From the NCBI GenBank assembly GCA_027623195.1, contig JAQBUT010000007.1, positions 33,757 to 97,756 on the forward strand: a stretch of 64,000 nucleotides of DNA, given 5' to 3'. The translations under genes and the position numbers were made by a program. Source of the DNA: Chloroflexota bacterium. GTDB lineage: Bacteria; Chloroflexota; Dehalococcoidia; Lucifugimonadales; JADFKI01. The notes under the pieces are model-generated. The model was given only the letters and a program-made list of their open reading frames with translations. It did no database searches and had not been told where the DNA came from. Numbering within the stretch: the stretch's first letter is position 1; each line of letters starts with the position of its first letter. This document shows positions 43,198-53,839 of this stretch, one piece after another.

Positions 43198-44559
43198 ATG
43201 TCCGGCCAATCATTTTCCAATGCCCTTTTCACCGACCTCTATGAGCTTACGATGGCCCAGGCGTACTGGCAGACCGAGACCACCGCGCACGCTCGGTTCA
43301 GCCTCTTCTTTCGCCTGTACCCACCCGACCGGGGTTACTTCGTGTCGGCCGGTCTGGACGACGTTCTCAACTACCTGCAAGACTTTCGTTTCTCAGGCGA
43401 CGACCTCGCCTACCTCAGGTCCGCGGGCCAATTCCAGGGCGCGTTCCTGGACTCCCTAGAAAGCCTTCGATTCACGGGCAGCATTCGAGCCGTCCCAGAG
43501 GGGACCATCTTCTTCGCGAATGAGCCGGTGTTGGAGGTGGAGGGTCCCATGATCGAGGCCCAACTGGTGGAGACCTTCCTGATAAACCAGATGAACCTCC
43601 AAACTATACTCGCCACCAAGGCCTCCAGAGTACTGCATGCTGCCAGGGGCAGGACGCTGGTTGACTTCGCGGCGCGCCGCACACATGGCGTTGAGGCTGC
43701 AAACAAGATGGCGCGCGCCTCTTATATCGCGGGATTTGCGGGCACCAGCAACGTTTTGGCAGGCGGCCTGTACGGCATCCCGACCTACGGCACCATGGCC
43801 CACTCCTTCATCACGGCGTTCGAGGATGAAGCCGAAGCCTTTCGCGCATACGCCAGGTCTTTCCCGGACACCAGCACCTTCCTGGTAGACTCCTACGATA
43901 CGCTGGAAGGAACGCGCAATGCCGCCAAGGTCGCTCTGGAGATGCGAGAGCGGGGCCACGAGCTTCGATCTGTTCGTCTAGACAGCGGCGACATGAACGA
44001 CCTTTCCATCAAGGCCAGGTCCATTTTGGATGAGGCTGGCCTGGGCAACGTGCAGGTCTTTGCCAGCGGTGGTCTGGACGAGTTCGAGGTCGACCGATTG
44101 CTGGAGGCCGGTTCTGCGATTGACGGGTTTGGGGTTGGCACCAAGGTTGGCGTGTCAGCCGACGCTCCGTGGACCGACTGCGCCTATAAACTAGTCGAGT
44201 ACGACGGCAGAGCGACTCTAAAACTGAGCACCGATAAACGCACGTTGCCCGGTCCAAAGCAGGTGTTCCGTTACCTCGACGCACAGGGCAATATGGATCA
44301 CGACGTCATCGCATGTGCTGACGAGCCCACGCAGGCAGACGGGGAAGCGCTTCTGCAGACCGTCATGCAAAATGGCGCTCGGACTGTAGACTCCCCTGCC
44401 CTGACGGACATGCGAGAGGCTTTTGCCAGGGAATTTGCTAGACTTCCCAATGAAAATAAGTCACTTAGGTCACCAGGGCATTTCGACGTTCGAATCAGTG
44501 ACAGGCTGACCAAGCTGCAGCACGATGTGACGACGGGCCTTCGTCGGCACATGGCATAA
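43198..44559 (+). CDS. pncB: nicotinate phosphoribosyltransferase
   Basis: TDLYELTM, ATKASR, GTSN, GTMAHS, VRLDSGD, FGVGT, YKLVE. Confidence 0.95.
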   Translation: MSGQSFSNALFTDLYELTMAQAYWQTETTAHARFSLFFRLYPPDRGYFVSAGLDDVLNYLQDFRFSGDDLAYLRSAGQFQGAFLDSLESLRFTGSIRAVPEGTIFFANEPVLEVEGPMIEAQLVETFLINQMNLQTILATKASRVLHAARGRTLVDFAARRTHGVEAANKMARASYIAGFAGTSNVLAGGLYGIPTYGTMAHSFITAFEDEAEAFRAYARSFPDTSTFLVDSYDTLEGTRNAAKVALEMRERGHELRSVRLDSGDMNDLSIKARSILDEAGLGNVQVFASGGLDEFEVDRLLEAGSAIDGFGVGTKVGVSADAPWTDCAYKLVEYDGRATLKLSTDKRTLPGPKQVFRYLDAQGNMDHDVIACADEPTQADGEALLQTVMQNGARTVDSPALTDMREAFAREFARLPNENKSLRSPGHFDVRISDRLTKLQHDVTTGLRRHMA

Positions 44560-44595
44560 ACGTAGCCCTACACCAAACAGAAAGAGAGGTTCCAT

Positions 44596-45162
44596 ATGGC
44601 GCGATTGCCGTACGTATCCAGGGAACAGATACCGGAAGATAAGCGGGCCTTGTACGACCACGTAGCTGAGACAAGGGGCGGCATCGAAGGCGGAGGCCTT
44701 CCCCTCGCATTCCAAGTTCTCATGAACAATCCCGACGCAGCAGCCAGCGTAGCGCATTTAGGAGAGTACTTACGTTTGCATTGTCCGTTGGACCCGGTAA
44801 TTCGAGAGACTGCCATATTGGGAACGGCCAGGGCTCTGAACAGCGAGTATGAGTGGGCGCACCATGAGCCGGTGGCCAGGCAGGTAGGCGTCCGAGAAGA
44901 GGTCATCGAAGCCATCCGGTCGGGCAAAGCGCCGATGGGATTACCCCCAAAGGAGGGGGTGTTTGTAGGGGCGGCCAAGGAGCTTGTGCTTAGAGGCGCC
45001 GTTAGTGAGAGAACAGTCCAAGCCATAGACCACCTTTTGGGGCCTCAAGGCACAATAGATGTGGTAGTAGTGATTAGCTACTACGCCATGCTCCACAGAT
45101 TGTTAGCCTCCCTGGGCATAGAACTGGAACCGGGGTTGGCGGCTGACCTGCCGGACCTGTAG
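44596..45162 (+). CDS. carboxymuconolactone decarboxylase family protein
   Basis: RETAIL..AR...EYEWAHHEPVARQVG. Confidence 0.85.
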   Translation: MARLPYVSREQIPEDKRALYDHVAETRGGIEGGGLPLAFQVLMNNPDAAASVAHLGEYLRLHCPLDPVIRETAILGTARALNSEYEWAHHEPVARQVGVREEVIEAIRSGKAPMGLPPKEGVFVGAAKELVLRGAVSERTVQAIDHLLGPQGTIDVVVVISYYAMLHRLLASLGIELEPGLAADLPDL

Positions 45163-45180
45163 ACACAACCCATAAGGCTG

Positions 45181-46629
45181 CTAAGGCGCGAAGCTCAGGA
45201 AAAGCTGCACCACGTCATCGAAGTCAATACGACCATTGCCGTTGAAGTCGAAGTCGCCCTGGTTGTCTTGCACCGGCGGTCCAAGCAAGTTCTGGAAAAG
45301 CAACACAACGTCGTTGAAGTCAATCACTCCACTGCCGTTTACGTCCTCGGCCTTGCCATCGCCATTAATGTCCCTGGCCGGGCCGACGCCTCCCGGTAAG
45401 AACTGAAAATTCTGAACGACGATATTGAACGTGGCCGTGCCGCTGCCGCCATCGCTGTCTGTCACGGAAACGATAACCGAGTATGCCGAGGATGTGGCGT
45501 AGCTATGCATTCCGGAGATAGGGCCGACGGCAGGCGTCCCGCTGTCCACTAAACTACCATCACCCCAATCGATTGTAGCCGTATGAGTATCGCCCAGGTC
45601 ACCGTCCGTAAAGCTCCCGACAGTCAAATTTAGGGGGCTGAGGTCATACACCGCCAGGTCGGCAGCGGCGGTCACCACGGGATTGGCGTTGGGTACTACG
45701 AGCGTTCCCGAAGTGGTGACGATTGACGCTATCGTTTCGCCGACCTCGTCCTGAACGCCGAGGGTGCCGCCAATGGTGATGTCTACGGAGGAGGTCCCTT
45801 TGAAGGTCCCTGTAACTGTCAGTGTAGCCAGTACAATATTAGTACTGGTGTTATCAAAGTTCCCATGAACATCCGCGGCAAACAGGTCTACACTGCCCGC
45901 TGGAACTGTTGGAGCTATTACGGGAGATAGTCCGGCATTATATGTAACGGTGGTGATGTCCGCGACGGCTGTGTTGGCGAGCGCCACCTTCATTTCGAAC
46001 CCGGAGAGGCCATCCGGCAAAGCGTCCGCCACGATGTCGATTGTAGTTATATTGCCCACCGTGGGGGAACCAGTAACAACAACTGTGAGCATCGTAGGCT
46101 TGGGAAAAACCGTAAGAACGCCCGCTGCGGGAATGCTGGTATCGAGGGTGCCGCCGCCGGTCACTGTCACATCGGCCAGGTCTGTAGCAAACTCTGCTGA
46201 AGTTGTGTACTGGACGCCATAAGTGCCAGCCTGTAACCCAACAATCGAGAAACTACCGCCCGTCGAGGCCTTAACGACAACTACGTCGCCGCCGTCTGTG
46301 TTACGAAATGCCACGGGATCGAAGCTACCTATATTATTAGATGTGGCGTCAAATCGAACAGCGCCAGAGCGAATGTATTTGAAATACTGACGCAGGTATT
46401 TGGTGATTCCGCCGTAGGCCACCGTGGGACTTGCGCCTGTGGGATTCGCAACGGTGAAGTATTGCGCGCCGTTATCGCTGGTAGGGTAAGCAAGGGTGAA
46501 CTGTTGCCAGGCCTGTACGTTGGCCTTTTTCAGGTCGTCGTGCAGGGCAACATGCCCGCTACCTATGTGCTCCAACATGCTGGTTCCAATTCCGTGCTGG
46601 GAGGCCCTGGAGGCTATGGTCTGGAGTAC
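45181..46629 (-). pseudogene. 5'-truncated GH30-like / cohesin-like / PKD / dockerin-like protein
   Basis: MLEHIG..WQQFTLAY..DNGAQY..YLRQYFKYIR matches the C-terminal part of 50646 product; LPDGLSGFEMKV..LATLTVTG; IDWGDG..HSY..VTDSDGG; DVNGSGVIDFNDVV / DFNGNGRIDFDDVV. Confidence 0.75.
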
Positions 46630-47223
46630 GACACCATCTACCACGAGCACCTGTGTTACTTCTCCGTAAACTCGCTAATACGGCTCTGCGACGAGGTCGG
46701 CTTGTCCGTGGTTCGAATAGATAAGGTGCCGGTGCATGGCGGCTCCCTGAGAGTCTACGCCGGCCGCAAGGAGACGTACGGACAGCATGCCGACGAGGTA
46801 TTAGCATTGGCTGAAGAGGAAAAAGAGCTGGGGATGACGTCCTTCCAGCGCTATGCCAGTTTCGCCAAGGATGTCGAAGGCAATCGAAGCGCTGTAAGGT
46901 CGTTGCTGCAAAAGCTGCAAAGCGAAGGAAAGACAGTCGCGGGGTACGGCGCGCCGGCCAAGGGCAACACACTGCTGAATTACTGCGACATAGATACCAG
47001 CTTAGTGCCGTATACGGTGGATAAGAGCGACCTTAAAGTAAACAAGATTACGCCGGGCATGCATCTCCCGGTATTGGAACCCTCTGCCCTGCTGGAAAGG
47101 CAGCCCGATTACGTGATTATTCTGGCGTGGAACTTTGCCGATGAGATAATCAGGCAGCAGAGTGAATACAGGGCGCGGGGCGGGAAGTTCATCATCCCCG
47201 TTCCAGAACCACAGGTGATCTGA
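46621..47223 (+). pseudogene. 5'-truncated NDP-sugar C-methyltransferase (C-terminal half)
   Basis: YDTIYHEHLCYFS, HGGSLR, GYGAPAKGNTLLNY, ILAWNFADEI, GGKFIIP; N-terminal Zn and SAM motifs absent. Confidence 0.85.
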
Positions 47224-47224
47224 C

Positions 47225-47998
47225 ATGAAAGTTGTCATTCTTGCCGGCGGTCATGGTACCCGTCTTGCGGAGGAGACCTCTGCTCGACCAAAGCCTATGG
47301 TGGAGATTGGTGGAAAGCCCATTATCTGGCACATTATGAATATCTACGCCCAGTCGGGTCACAAGGATTTCCTAGTTGCCTGCGGTTACAAGGGCGAGTT
47401 CATAAAAGAGTACTTCCACAACTTCTACATCCACAGCAGCGACTACTTCGTGAATCTAAAGGACGGGTCTCTCGATGTGGTGAACGACAACGGCTTCGAC
47501 TGGAACATTGGTGTAATCGACACTGGATTGAACACCATGACAGGAGGCCGGGTCCTGCGGCTCAGGAACTGGCTTGAGGGCGACACGTTCATGGTTACCT
47601 ACGGCGACGGCCTGGGCAATGTGGACATAGCCAAGCTGGTCGCCTTCCATAAAGAACATGGAAGATTAGCTACCATAACGGCAGTTCGCCCCCCTGCCCG
47701 ATTCGGCGAACTGGTGCTGAACGGCGGGTCCGAGGTGCGGGAGTTCTCTGAGAAGCCGCAAACCGGAGAGGGCTGGATCAACGGCGGATTCTTCGTTTTC
47801 GAGCCACAGGTGCGGGACTACCTTAGCGATGATCAGTCCATTCTAGAGCGAGAGCCACTGGAAAGGCTGGCTGCGGACAAACAGCTAATGGCCTACCAGC
47901 ACGAGGGCTTCTGGCAGCCTATGGACACGCTGCGAGAGAAACAGCTTCTGGAAACTCTGTGGAATAACGGCGAGGCCCCTTGGAAGGTTTGGAGCTAA
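47225..47998 (+). CDS. rfbF: glucose-1-phosphate cytidylyltransferase
   Basis: LAGGHGTRLAEET..RPKPMVEIG, DTGLNTMTGGR, TYGDG, WQPMDTLRE. Confidence 0.95.
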   Translation: MKVVILAGGHGTRLAEETSARPKPMVEIGGKPIIWHIMNIYAQSGHKDFLVACGYKGEFIKEYFHNFYIHSSDYFVNLKDGSLDVVNDNGFDWNIGVIDTGLNTMTGGRVLRLRNWLEGDTFMVTYGDGLGNVDIAKLVAFHKEHGRLATITAVRPPARFGELVLNGGSEVREFSEKPQTGEGWINGGFFVFEPQVRDYLSDDQSILEREPLERLAADKQLMAYQHEGFWQPMDTLREKQLLETLWNNGEAPWKVWS

Positions 47999-48046
47999 GT
48001 ATCCTTGCCTAATATCGTTTCATCTAATGGAAATTTTAGGACAGAC

Positions 48047-49051
48047 ATGAACTTTTGGAGCAATCGAAACGTGTTCGTAACCGGCGCCTCCGGGCTGCTG
48101 GGTTCTTGGCTCGTGCAGGAACTCCTGGACAACGGGGCCAACGTCACCTGTTTAATGCGGGACTGGGTGCCATCCAGCCGCCTGGTGAGCGAAGGACACC
48201 TGGAACGCGTCAACATCGTCCGGGGCGAACTGGAAGATTACGGATTGCTGGTCAGGGTGCTAAACGAGTACGAAATCGACTCTGTGTTCCACCTGGGCGC
48301 CCAGACCATCGTGGGAACGGCCAATCGTTCGGCGCTATCCACATTTGAGGCCAACGTACGCGGCACATGGAATCTGCTTGAGGCTTGCAAGACCAACGAG
48401 AAGCTCATTCAGAGAGTTGTCGTGGCTTCCAGCGACAAGGCATACGGCGTACACGAGACCTTGCCCTACACGGAAGACGCCCCGCTGCAGGGCATTTACC
48501 CGTACGACGTCTCCAAGTCATGTGCTGATTTAATTTCGTTTTCATACTTCCACAGCTACGGCGTTCCTGTGGCCGTGACCCGCTGCGGAAACCTGTTCGG
48601 CGGCGGGGACCTGAACTTCAATCGGCTGGTGCCGGGGACCATACAACAGGCGCTCAAGGGCGAGGCACCAATAATTCGAAGTGACGGTACATTCGTTCGA
48701 GACTACTTTTACGTGCGAGACGCAGTGCAGGCTTACATGCAACTGGCAGAGGCGGTACCCGGTGAACGGTTCACGGGGCAGGCCTTCAACTTCGGAACGG
48801 AGACGCCCGTGTCAGTCGTTGACCTGGTTGATGTCATCCTTCAAACCATGGGCAGGCAAGACCTGAAGCCCGTGATTCTGAACGAGGCCAGCAACGAAAT
48901 ACCCAAGCAGTATCTGGACTGCGCCAAGGCCAGGACAATGCTTTCGTGGGCGCCTACCTATTCTCTGGAACAAGGGCTCTCCGAGACTATTAGCTGGTAT
49001 AGCAAACACCTGGGCTATGAACCGGCAACCAGCGCCGCGGGCGTTAACTAA
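48047..49051 (+). CDS. NDP-sugar 4,6-dehydratase (CDP-glucose 4,6-dehydratase-like SDR)
   Basis: [24 protein letters not shown]. Confidence 0.85.
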   Translation: MNFWSNRNVFVTGASGLLGSWLVQELLDNGANVTCLMRDWVPSSRLVSEGHLERVNIVRGELEDYGLLVRVLNEYEIDSVFHLGAQTIVGTANRSALSTFEANVRGTWNLLEACKTNEKLIQRVVVASSDKAYGVHETLPYTEDAPLQGIYPYDVSKSCADLISFSYFHSYGVPVAVTRCGNLFGGGDLNFNRLVPGTIQQALKGEAPIIRSDGTFVRDYFYVRDAVQAYMQLAEAVPGERFTGQAFNFGTETPVSVVDLVDVILQTMGRQDLKPVILNEASNEIPKQYLDCAKARTMLSWAPTYSLEQGLSETISWYSKHLGYEPATSAAGVN

Positions 49052-49062
49052 CCAAATACATA

Positions 49063-50634
49063 TTGAGAACCCTACTTAAACCTAAGGCTGTCGGTGGCGA
49101 TGGAGAGACCCATTCGGGCGGGCTTTCGCTAAGAAGCATATCCATACGTCTATTCATAACGTGCTGGCTAGTGTACGGCGCTCACTTCGCCACCAACACG
49201 GTGCGAGAGATTTACCCTGCTCTAAGCCTTGGTGACCACCTGAGCTTTGACGTATCCGAATACAACGGCCTTCATCCGGACATTTTCGAGATGCCAGGCC
49301 GTGGCGTCTTTATCAACAACAACCCCGGCGCGTCTATATTGGGTGCGGTGCCATACATCGTCACCCGCCCGGTTATCGACTTTGCGGTTGACCGCGTCCA
49401 GTCCATGCGCGAGTTGTCCGGGCAGAAGCCACCGGAATACGACACGCAGTTCCCCATGCGGGCCGAGTTCTACCGAAACGCTTACGAAAAAGGGCTCGAC
49501 GTCAAGTTCGCACTAGGTGCAGCAGTAATGCAGGGGCTGTTGATGGCCCCCGTCTCGGCCCTGGGCGTCGTTGTGATGTTCCTGGTGCTGGTCCGACTCA
49601 CGGGCTCCACCAAAGCATCGCTACTTTTGGCACTGCTTTACGCCTTCGCAACCCCTTTGCTGTATCGCACGGCGCAGCTAAATCACAACCTGCTGCTAAT
49701 GCACTTCGCGTTCTTTGCATTCGTTCTGATATGGCGACCGTGGGATGAGGAGGGCAAGCCAAATAAAGCCACTTACCTGCTGGCTGGCCTCCTTGCAGGC
49801 TGGACCGTCGTATTCGACTACAGCGGGATGGTCACCGTGGTGGCCTTAGGTCTATACGCTGGCTACCGTTGGATAAAGTACCCCATCGCCGTCAGGTCGT
49901 ATACCGACATAACCCTATTCACAGCAGGCGTCGGCGTCGCAGCGGTCATATTGATGGCCTACCAGTGGTCCAGCTTTGGCCATCCTATATACCCGGCCCA
50001 GACCTACATGCCCGCCACGGAATTCTCGGTGAACGGGTACTCGGGGCTTAGCTGGCCCAGTCTCGACCTTCTTTGGCGTTCGGCGTTCGGACTCAAGTTT
50101 GGCCTCTTCGCCTTCGCTCCCATACTGGTTTTCGCACTGTATGCTCCGGGATGGTTCAAAGGTCGAATAGGCATCGTCGGGAAACGCGAAATCTGGTTCA
50201 TGCTGCTGTTTACGGCCGCGTTTTTCATATTTTCGGCGGCCAATCGGTTCGGCTACGTTCAGTTCAACACGGGGGTCCGACACATGGTGCCGGTGGTCCC
50301 ATTCGTATTCCTACTGGCTGCCGGAGTCCTGCTGAGAATGCCGAAAAAGCTGGCAATCCCCCTGGGCGTCATTGGCACTTACTGGTCGTGGAGCCTGGCT
50401 ATGTATAGAGAGGTTGGCGACGGTCAACCCTTGGGGGTTCTGGAAGCAGTCATGAGGGTAACATTGGACGGTGTGCGCCTGCCCTGGCTCACCACTCTGG
50501 AGCAGCTGGGCTATGTGCCGAATGGAATCCTGGCAACTCCCGGACTGCTGATGCTTGGCGCGGCGATTGTCCTGGTATGGGCCGTCAAAGCGCCGGTTAG
50601 GTCCAGCCTTCACAGCCTTTTGGGGCGTGATTAG
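49063..50634 (+). CDS. polytopic membrane protein, GT-C/PMT-like glycosyltransferase
   Basis: About 11-12 TM segments, PGASILG, YAFATP, GLFAFAP, GVRHMVP; glycan cluster context. Confidence 0.55.
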   Translation: MRTLLKPKAVGGDGETHSGGLSLRSISIRLFITCWLVYGAHFATNTVREIYPALSLGDHLSFDVSEYNGLHPDIFEMPGRGVFINNNPGASILGAVPYIVTRPVIDFAVDRVQSMRELSGQKPPEYDTQFPMRAEFYRNAYEKGLDVKFALGAAVMQGLLMAPVSALGVVVMFLVLVRLTGSTKASLLLALLYAFATPLLYRTAQLNHNLLLMHFAFFAFVLIWRPWDEEGKPNKATYLLAGLLAGWTVVFDYSGMVTVVALGLYAGYRWIKYPIAVRSYTDITLFTAGVGVAAVILMAYQWSSFGHPIYPAQTYMPATEFSVNGYSGLSWPSLDLLWRSAFGLKFGLFAFAPILVFALYAPGWFKGRIGIVGKREIWFMLLFTAAFFIFSAANRFGYVQFNTGVRHMVPVVPFVFLLAAGVLLRMPKKLAIPLGVIGTYWSWSLAMYREVGDGQPLGVLEAVMRVTLDGVRLPWLTTLEQLGYVPNGILATPGLLMLGAAIVLVWAVKAPVRSSLHSLLGRD

Positions 50635-50645
50635 CCACGGACGGC

Positions 50646-52086
50646 ATGGTAACTAGACAAAGGCGCCTCAGGTCAGCGGCCATTTTCGGACTGCTGGCGC
50701 TAGCTGCACTGGTGACGCTGGCCCTGACGGCCTGCGACAGAATCAACCCGCCATCGCCGCTCTTGGAGGAGAAGATTCGCAGGCCTCTCCTGGGGGATGC
50801 CATCGTTCTGGACCCCACGGTGACATACCAGACCATGGTCGGTTGGGGGGCAACTGCACAGGCAGGTCAGAGCGAGTTCGCTTCCGATTACCCCAAGTGG
50901 CGAGACCAGGTCATGGACTTAAGCGTTAACGAGGTGGGCATTAATCGTGTTCGCCTGGAGATTCCCAGCGGTCTCGAAAGCCCTGTGGACTACTTTACTC
51001 CGTACATTAACGGCGAGACTGACCGCTCAATCCTGAAGGAGCGCCGATACGCCCCGGAGAACGATAACGACGATCCTGCGTCTATAAACCCGGACGGTTT
51101 CCAATTCGCAGCCCTTGATCACACTATCGACCATGTGGTGCTCCCGATGAAGCGCAGGGTGGAGGCAAATGGCGAACGCCTATATGTGAATCTTAACTAC
51201 GTTGGATTCAATGAGGACGCCACTTTGCACCGCGCTAACCCGGATGAATATGCCGAGCTCATGCTGGCCACCTTTCAGCACATGCAGGCCGATTACGGAT
51301 TCGTGCCGGACGCTATCGAGATCATTCTGGAGCCGGACCTGGCAGGCTGGAACGGCAAGGAGATTGGTCAGGCCATTGTGGCCACCGGTAGGACGTTAGA
51401 GACCAACGGCTTCAAAGTCCCGGCCTTTATAGGTCCCTCTACCACCAGCATGTCCAGCGCCATTGGCTATTTCGAAGAGATGATAGATGTGCCCGGGGTA
51501 TCTGATTACCTCACCGAGGTCTCATACCACCGCTACAGAGGCGCGTCGGAATCTAACGCTCAAAAGCTGGCTGATAGGGCCGCGGAATACGGGCTGCAGA
51601 CGGCCATGTTGGAACACATAGGCGCGGACTACAATGAGCTGCACCAGGACCTCACCGTCGGCAACAACTCATCTTGGCAACAGTACACTCTGGCCTTTCC
51701 GGTTGAGGACAACGGCGCCCAATACATAGTACTAAGCAGTCCAGAGGATCAGATGCCTGGCGTCCAGATTGGCAGAAGAACCCGATACCTCCAGCAGTAC
51801 TTCAAGTACATCCGTGCAGGCGCGCAGCGTATTGAGGCGACGCGCATGGAGGGGTTCTCCCCCCGCAGCGTTCATTAATTCCAACGGTGGCTACGTCGTC
51901 GTGGTGAAGGCCGAACTTGCTGGCGACTTCACTGTTAGAGGCCTGCCCCCAGGACGTTACGGTTTCAGCTACACTGTAGAGGATGAGACCAGCGTGGAGT
52001 TGAAGGATTCGATTGTTACCTCTGGCAGCCCGGAAATTAAGACTGGCATTCCAGCCGCGGGCGTGATAACAATTTACAGCAAGTAG
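50646..52086 (+). pseudogene. GH30-like (clan GH-A) lipoprotein; frameshift at C6 run 51859-51864
   Basis: Lipobox LTAC, YQTMVGWG, IILEPD, SYHRY, MLEHIG, QYFKYIRAGAQR; tail AAFINSNGGYVVVVKA..PAAGVITIY in next frame matches the paralog at 45181. Confidence 0.7.
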
Positions 52087-52180
52087 TCAATTTTCGGAGG
52101 CAACGCCACCCATAATTTAGAGCCTTGTCATGGGGGCGAATGTCCACACTAGATTCTACACGATTGCAGGTCGAAGAATA

Positions 52181-53470
52181 ATGATGTATGTAACTAGAAG
52201 CAGGCCCCAGGAACTTTACCGTAACATCGTGGCATGTCGGATTTGTGGAGACACCAACCTCGCAGAGGGCATAAGCTTGGGGCCTCAATTCCTATCTACT
52301 ACATTCGTTCAGACAAATGAGGGCCATCCTCTTTCCGATGCAAAGGTCCCGCTAACCCTTTTGCTCTGTGATGGCTGCCACACCCTGCAGCTTAAAGAGT
52401 CGGTGGATCGCACGTCGCTTTATGATGACTACTCTTACCGTATTTCGGCCAACCCGGCCAAGCGTACAGTCCTAAAGGAGCTTGTTGCGGATGTCACGGG
52501 CAGGGTGGAGATTGGCAAAGGCGATGCTGTGCTGGATATTGGCGCCAACGACGGGACGCTGCTTTCGTACTATCCAACCAAGGTCCGCCAAATCGGTGTT
52601 GAGCCCGCTGAAAACATAAGCTGGTCACACCTGGACAGATCCATAGCCATAATTAACGGTACATTCTCTGAGAGCGCTATCAGACCGGTGCTGGGTCAGG
52701 GGCAAGTCAAAATAATAACGTCAGTCGCCATGCTTTCCGAAGTTAATGACCTCCACGCCTTTGCCAAGGACGTCAAAGCCTTGCTGGCCAAAGATGGCGT
52801 CTGGTGCATACAGGTAAGCTACCTACCTCAGCTTCTGGATACGCTGACCTTCCATGAATTCTGCCACGATCACCTCTATTACTTCTCGCTGATGACGCTG
52901 AATAGCCTGCTGGAAGAAAATGGGCTCAGTATATTTGACGTCTCCCTGAACAAGACCAGCGGAGGGAGCATCAGAGCGTTCGCCAGCCACAGAGAGAGCG
53001 TCCCGGAGAAGACCGAGGCATTCCACAATCTGCTGCAATCCGAAGCAACGCTTGGGCTTGACGAACCAGAGACATACGCGGCATTTCACCAGCGCTTACT
53101 GAAGCTCAAGACCACGATTAAAAGCTTCATCCGGCAGGAGCACGAGGCCGGTTATACCATAGGAGGGTTGGGCGCATCATCCAAGGCAAACGTAATGCTC
53201 CAGTTCTTCGACATCGATAAACATGTGCTGCCCTACATCAGCGAGCGCAACCCAGACAAAGTGTCGCTAAGAACGCTGGGGACGGACATAGAGTTGGTTT
53301 CAGAACACCGCGCTCGGCAGTTGAAGCCAGATGTCATGATGGTTCTGCCGTGGCACCTGAAGTCTGAGTTGATGAGGCGAGAGAAGCGATACCTGGAAAA
53401 CGGGGGCAAGCTATTGTTCCCCATGCCTTACCCTCACATCGTTACCAGGTGCGGCGAAACCCTGCTGTAG
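52181..53470 (+). CDS. NDP-sugar C-methyltransferase family protein
   Basis: CRICG..CDGC, LDIGANDGTLL, FCHDHLYYFS, GASSKAN, LPWH, GGKLLFP. Confidence 0.88.
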   Translation: MMYVTRSRPQELYRNIVACRICGDTNLAEGISLGPQFLSTTFVQTNEGHPLSDAKVPLTLLLCDGCHTLQLKESVDRTSLYDDYSYRISANPAKRTVLKELVADVTGRVEIGKGDAVLDIGANDGTLLSYYPTKVRQIGVEPAENISWSHLDRSIAIINGTFSESAIRPVLGQGQVKIITSVAMLSEVNDLHAFAKDVKALLAKDGVWCIQVSYLPQLLDTLTFHEFCHDHLYYFSLMTLNSLLEENGLSIFDVSLNKTSGGSIRAFASHRESVPEKTEAFHNLLQSEATLGLDEPETYAAFHQRLLKLKTTIKSFIRQEHEAGYTIGGLGASSKANVMLQFFDIDKHVLPYISERNPDKVSLRTLGTDIELVSEHRARQLKPDVMMVLPWHLKSELMRREKRYLENGGKLLFPMPYPHIVTRCGETLL

Positions 53471-53495
53471 CCCAACATCGCACTGAAGACACCCG

Positions 53496-53528
53496 AAAGG
53501 CCTCGACGATTGTCGAGGCCTTTTCTTT
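53496..53528. terminator. bidirectional intrinsic terminator
   Basis: AAAGGCCTCGAC-GATT-GTCGAGGCCTTTT. Confidence 0.8.
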
Positions 53529-53839
53529 GCCGAAAACCTGGTGTCCCTGTTCTTCTGACATACCGGGGACATGATATCCACTTGAACATGAAGCCCGCCA
53601 ACTTCCGGCTCAAAAGGGATGGTTTACATGCGGTTTATATGCAACGAATGATAGATATTTGCTCTTAGAGCTAGGTTTCTTTGCTACCCAGTACTGCGGC
53701 ATCGCAGGCCATGACAAGGTGGGATGTACAACCCCCTATTCTAGTTTCGTCCCCCTGAATATTCACAATGTCATGGTATTATGGAACGAAGTGTTACATT
53801 ATGGTGGATTTAAAGCCTCCTAAGAGGGTACGCAGGATA

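Noticed and set aside
46462..46650. A real 189-bp overlapping gene pair as the ORF track implies
   Set aside because: Each ORF loses family similarity beyond ~46625; the overlap is a product of the junction
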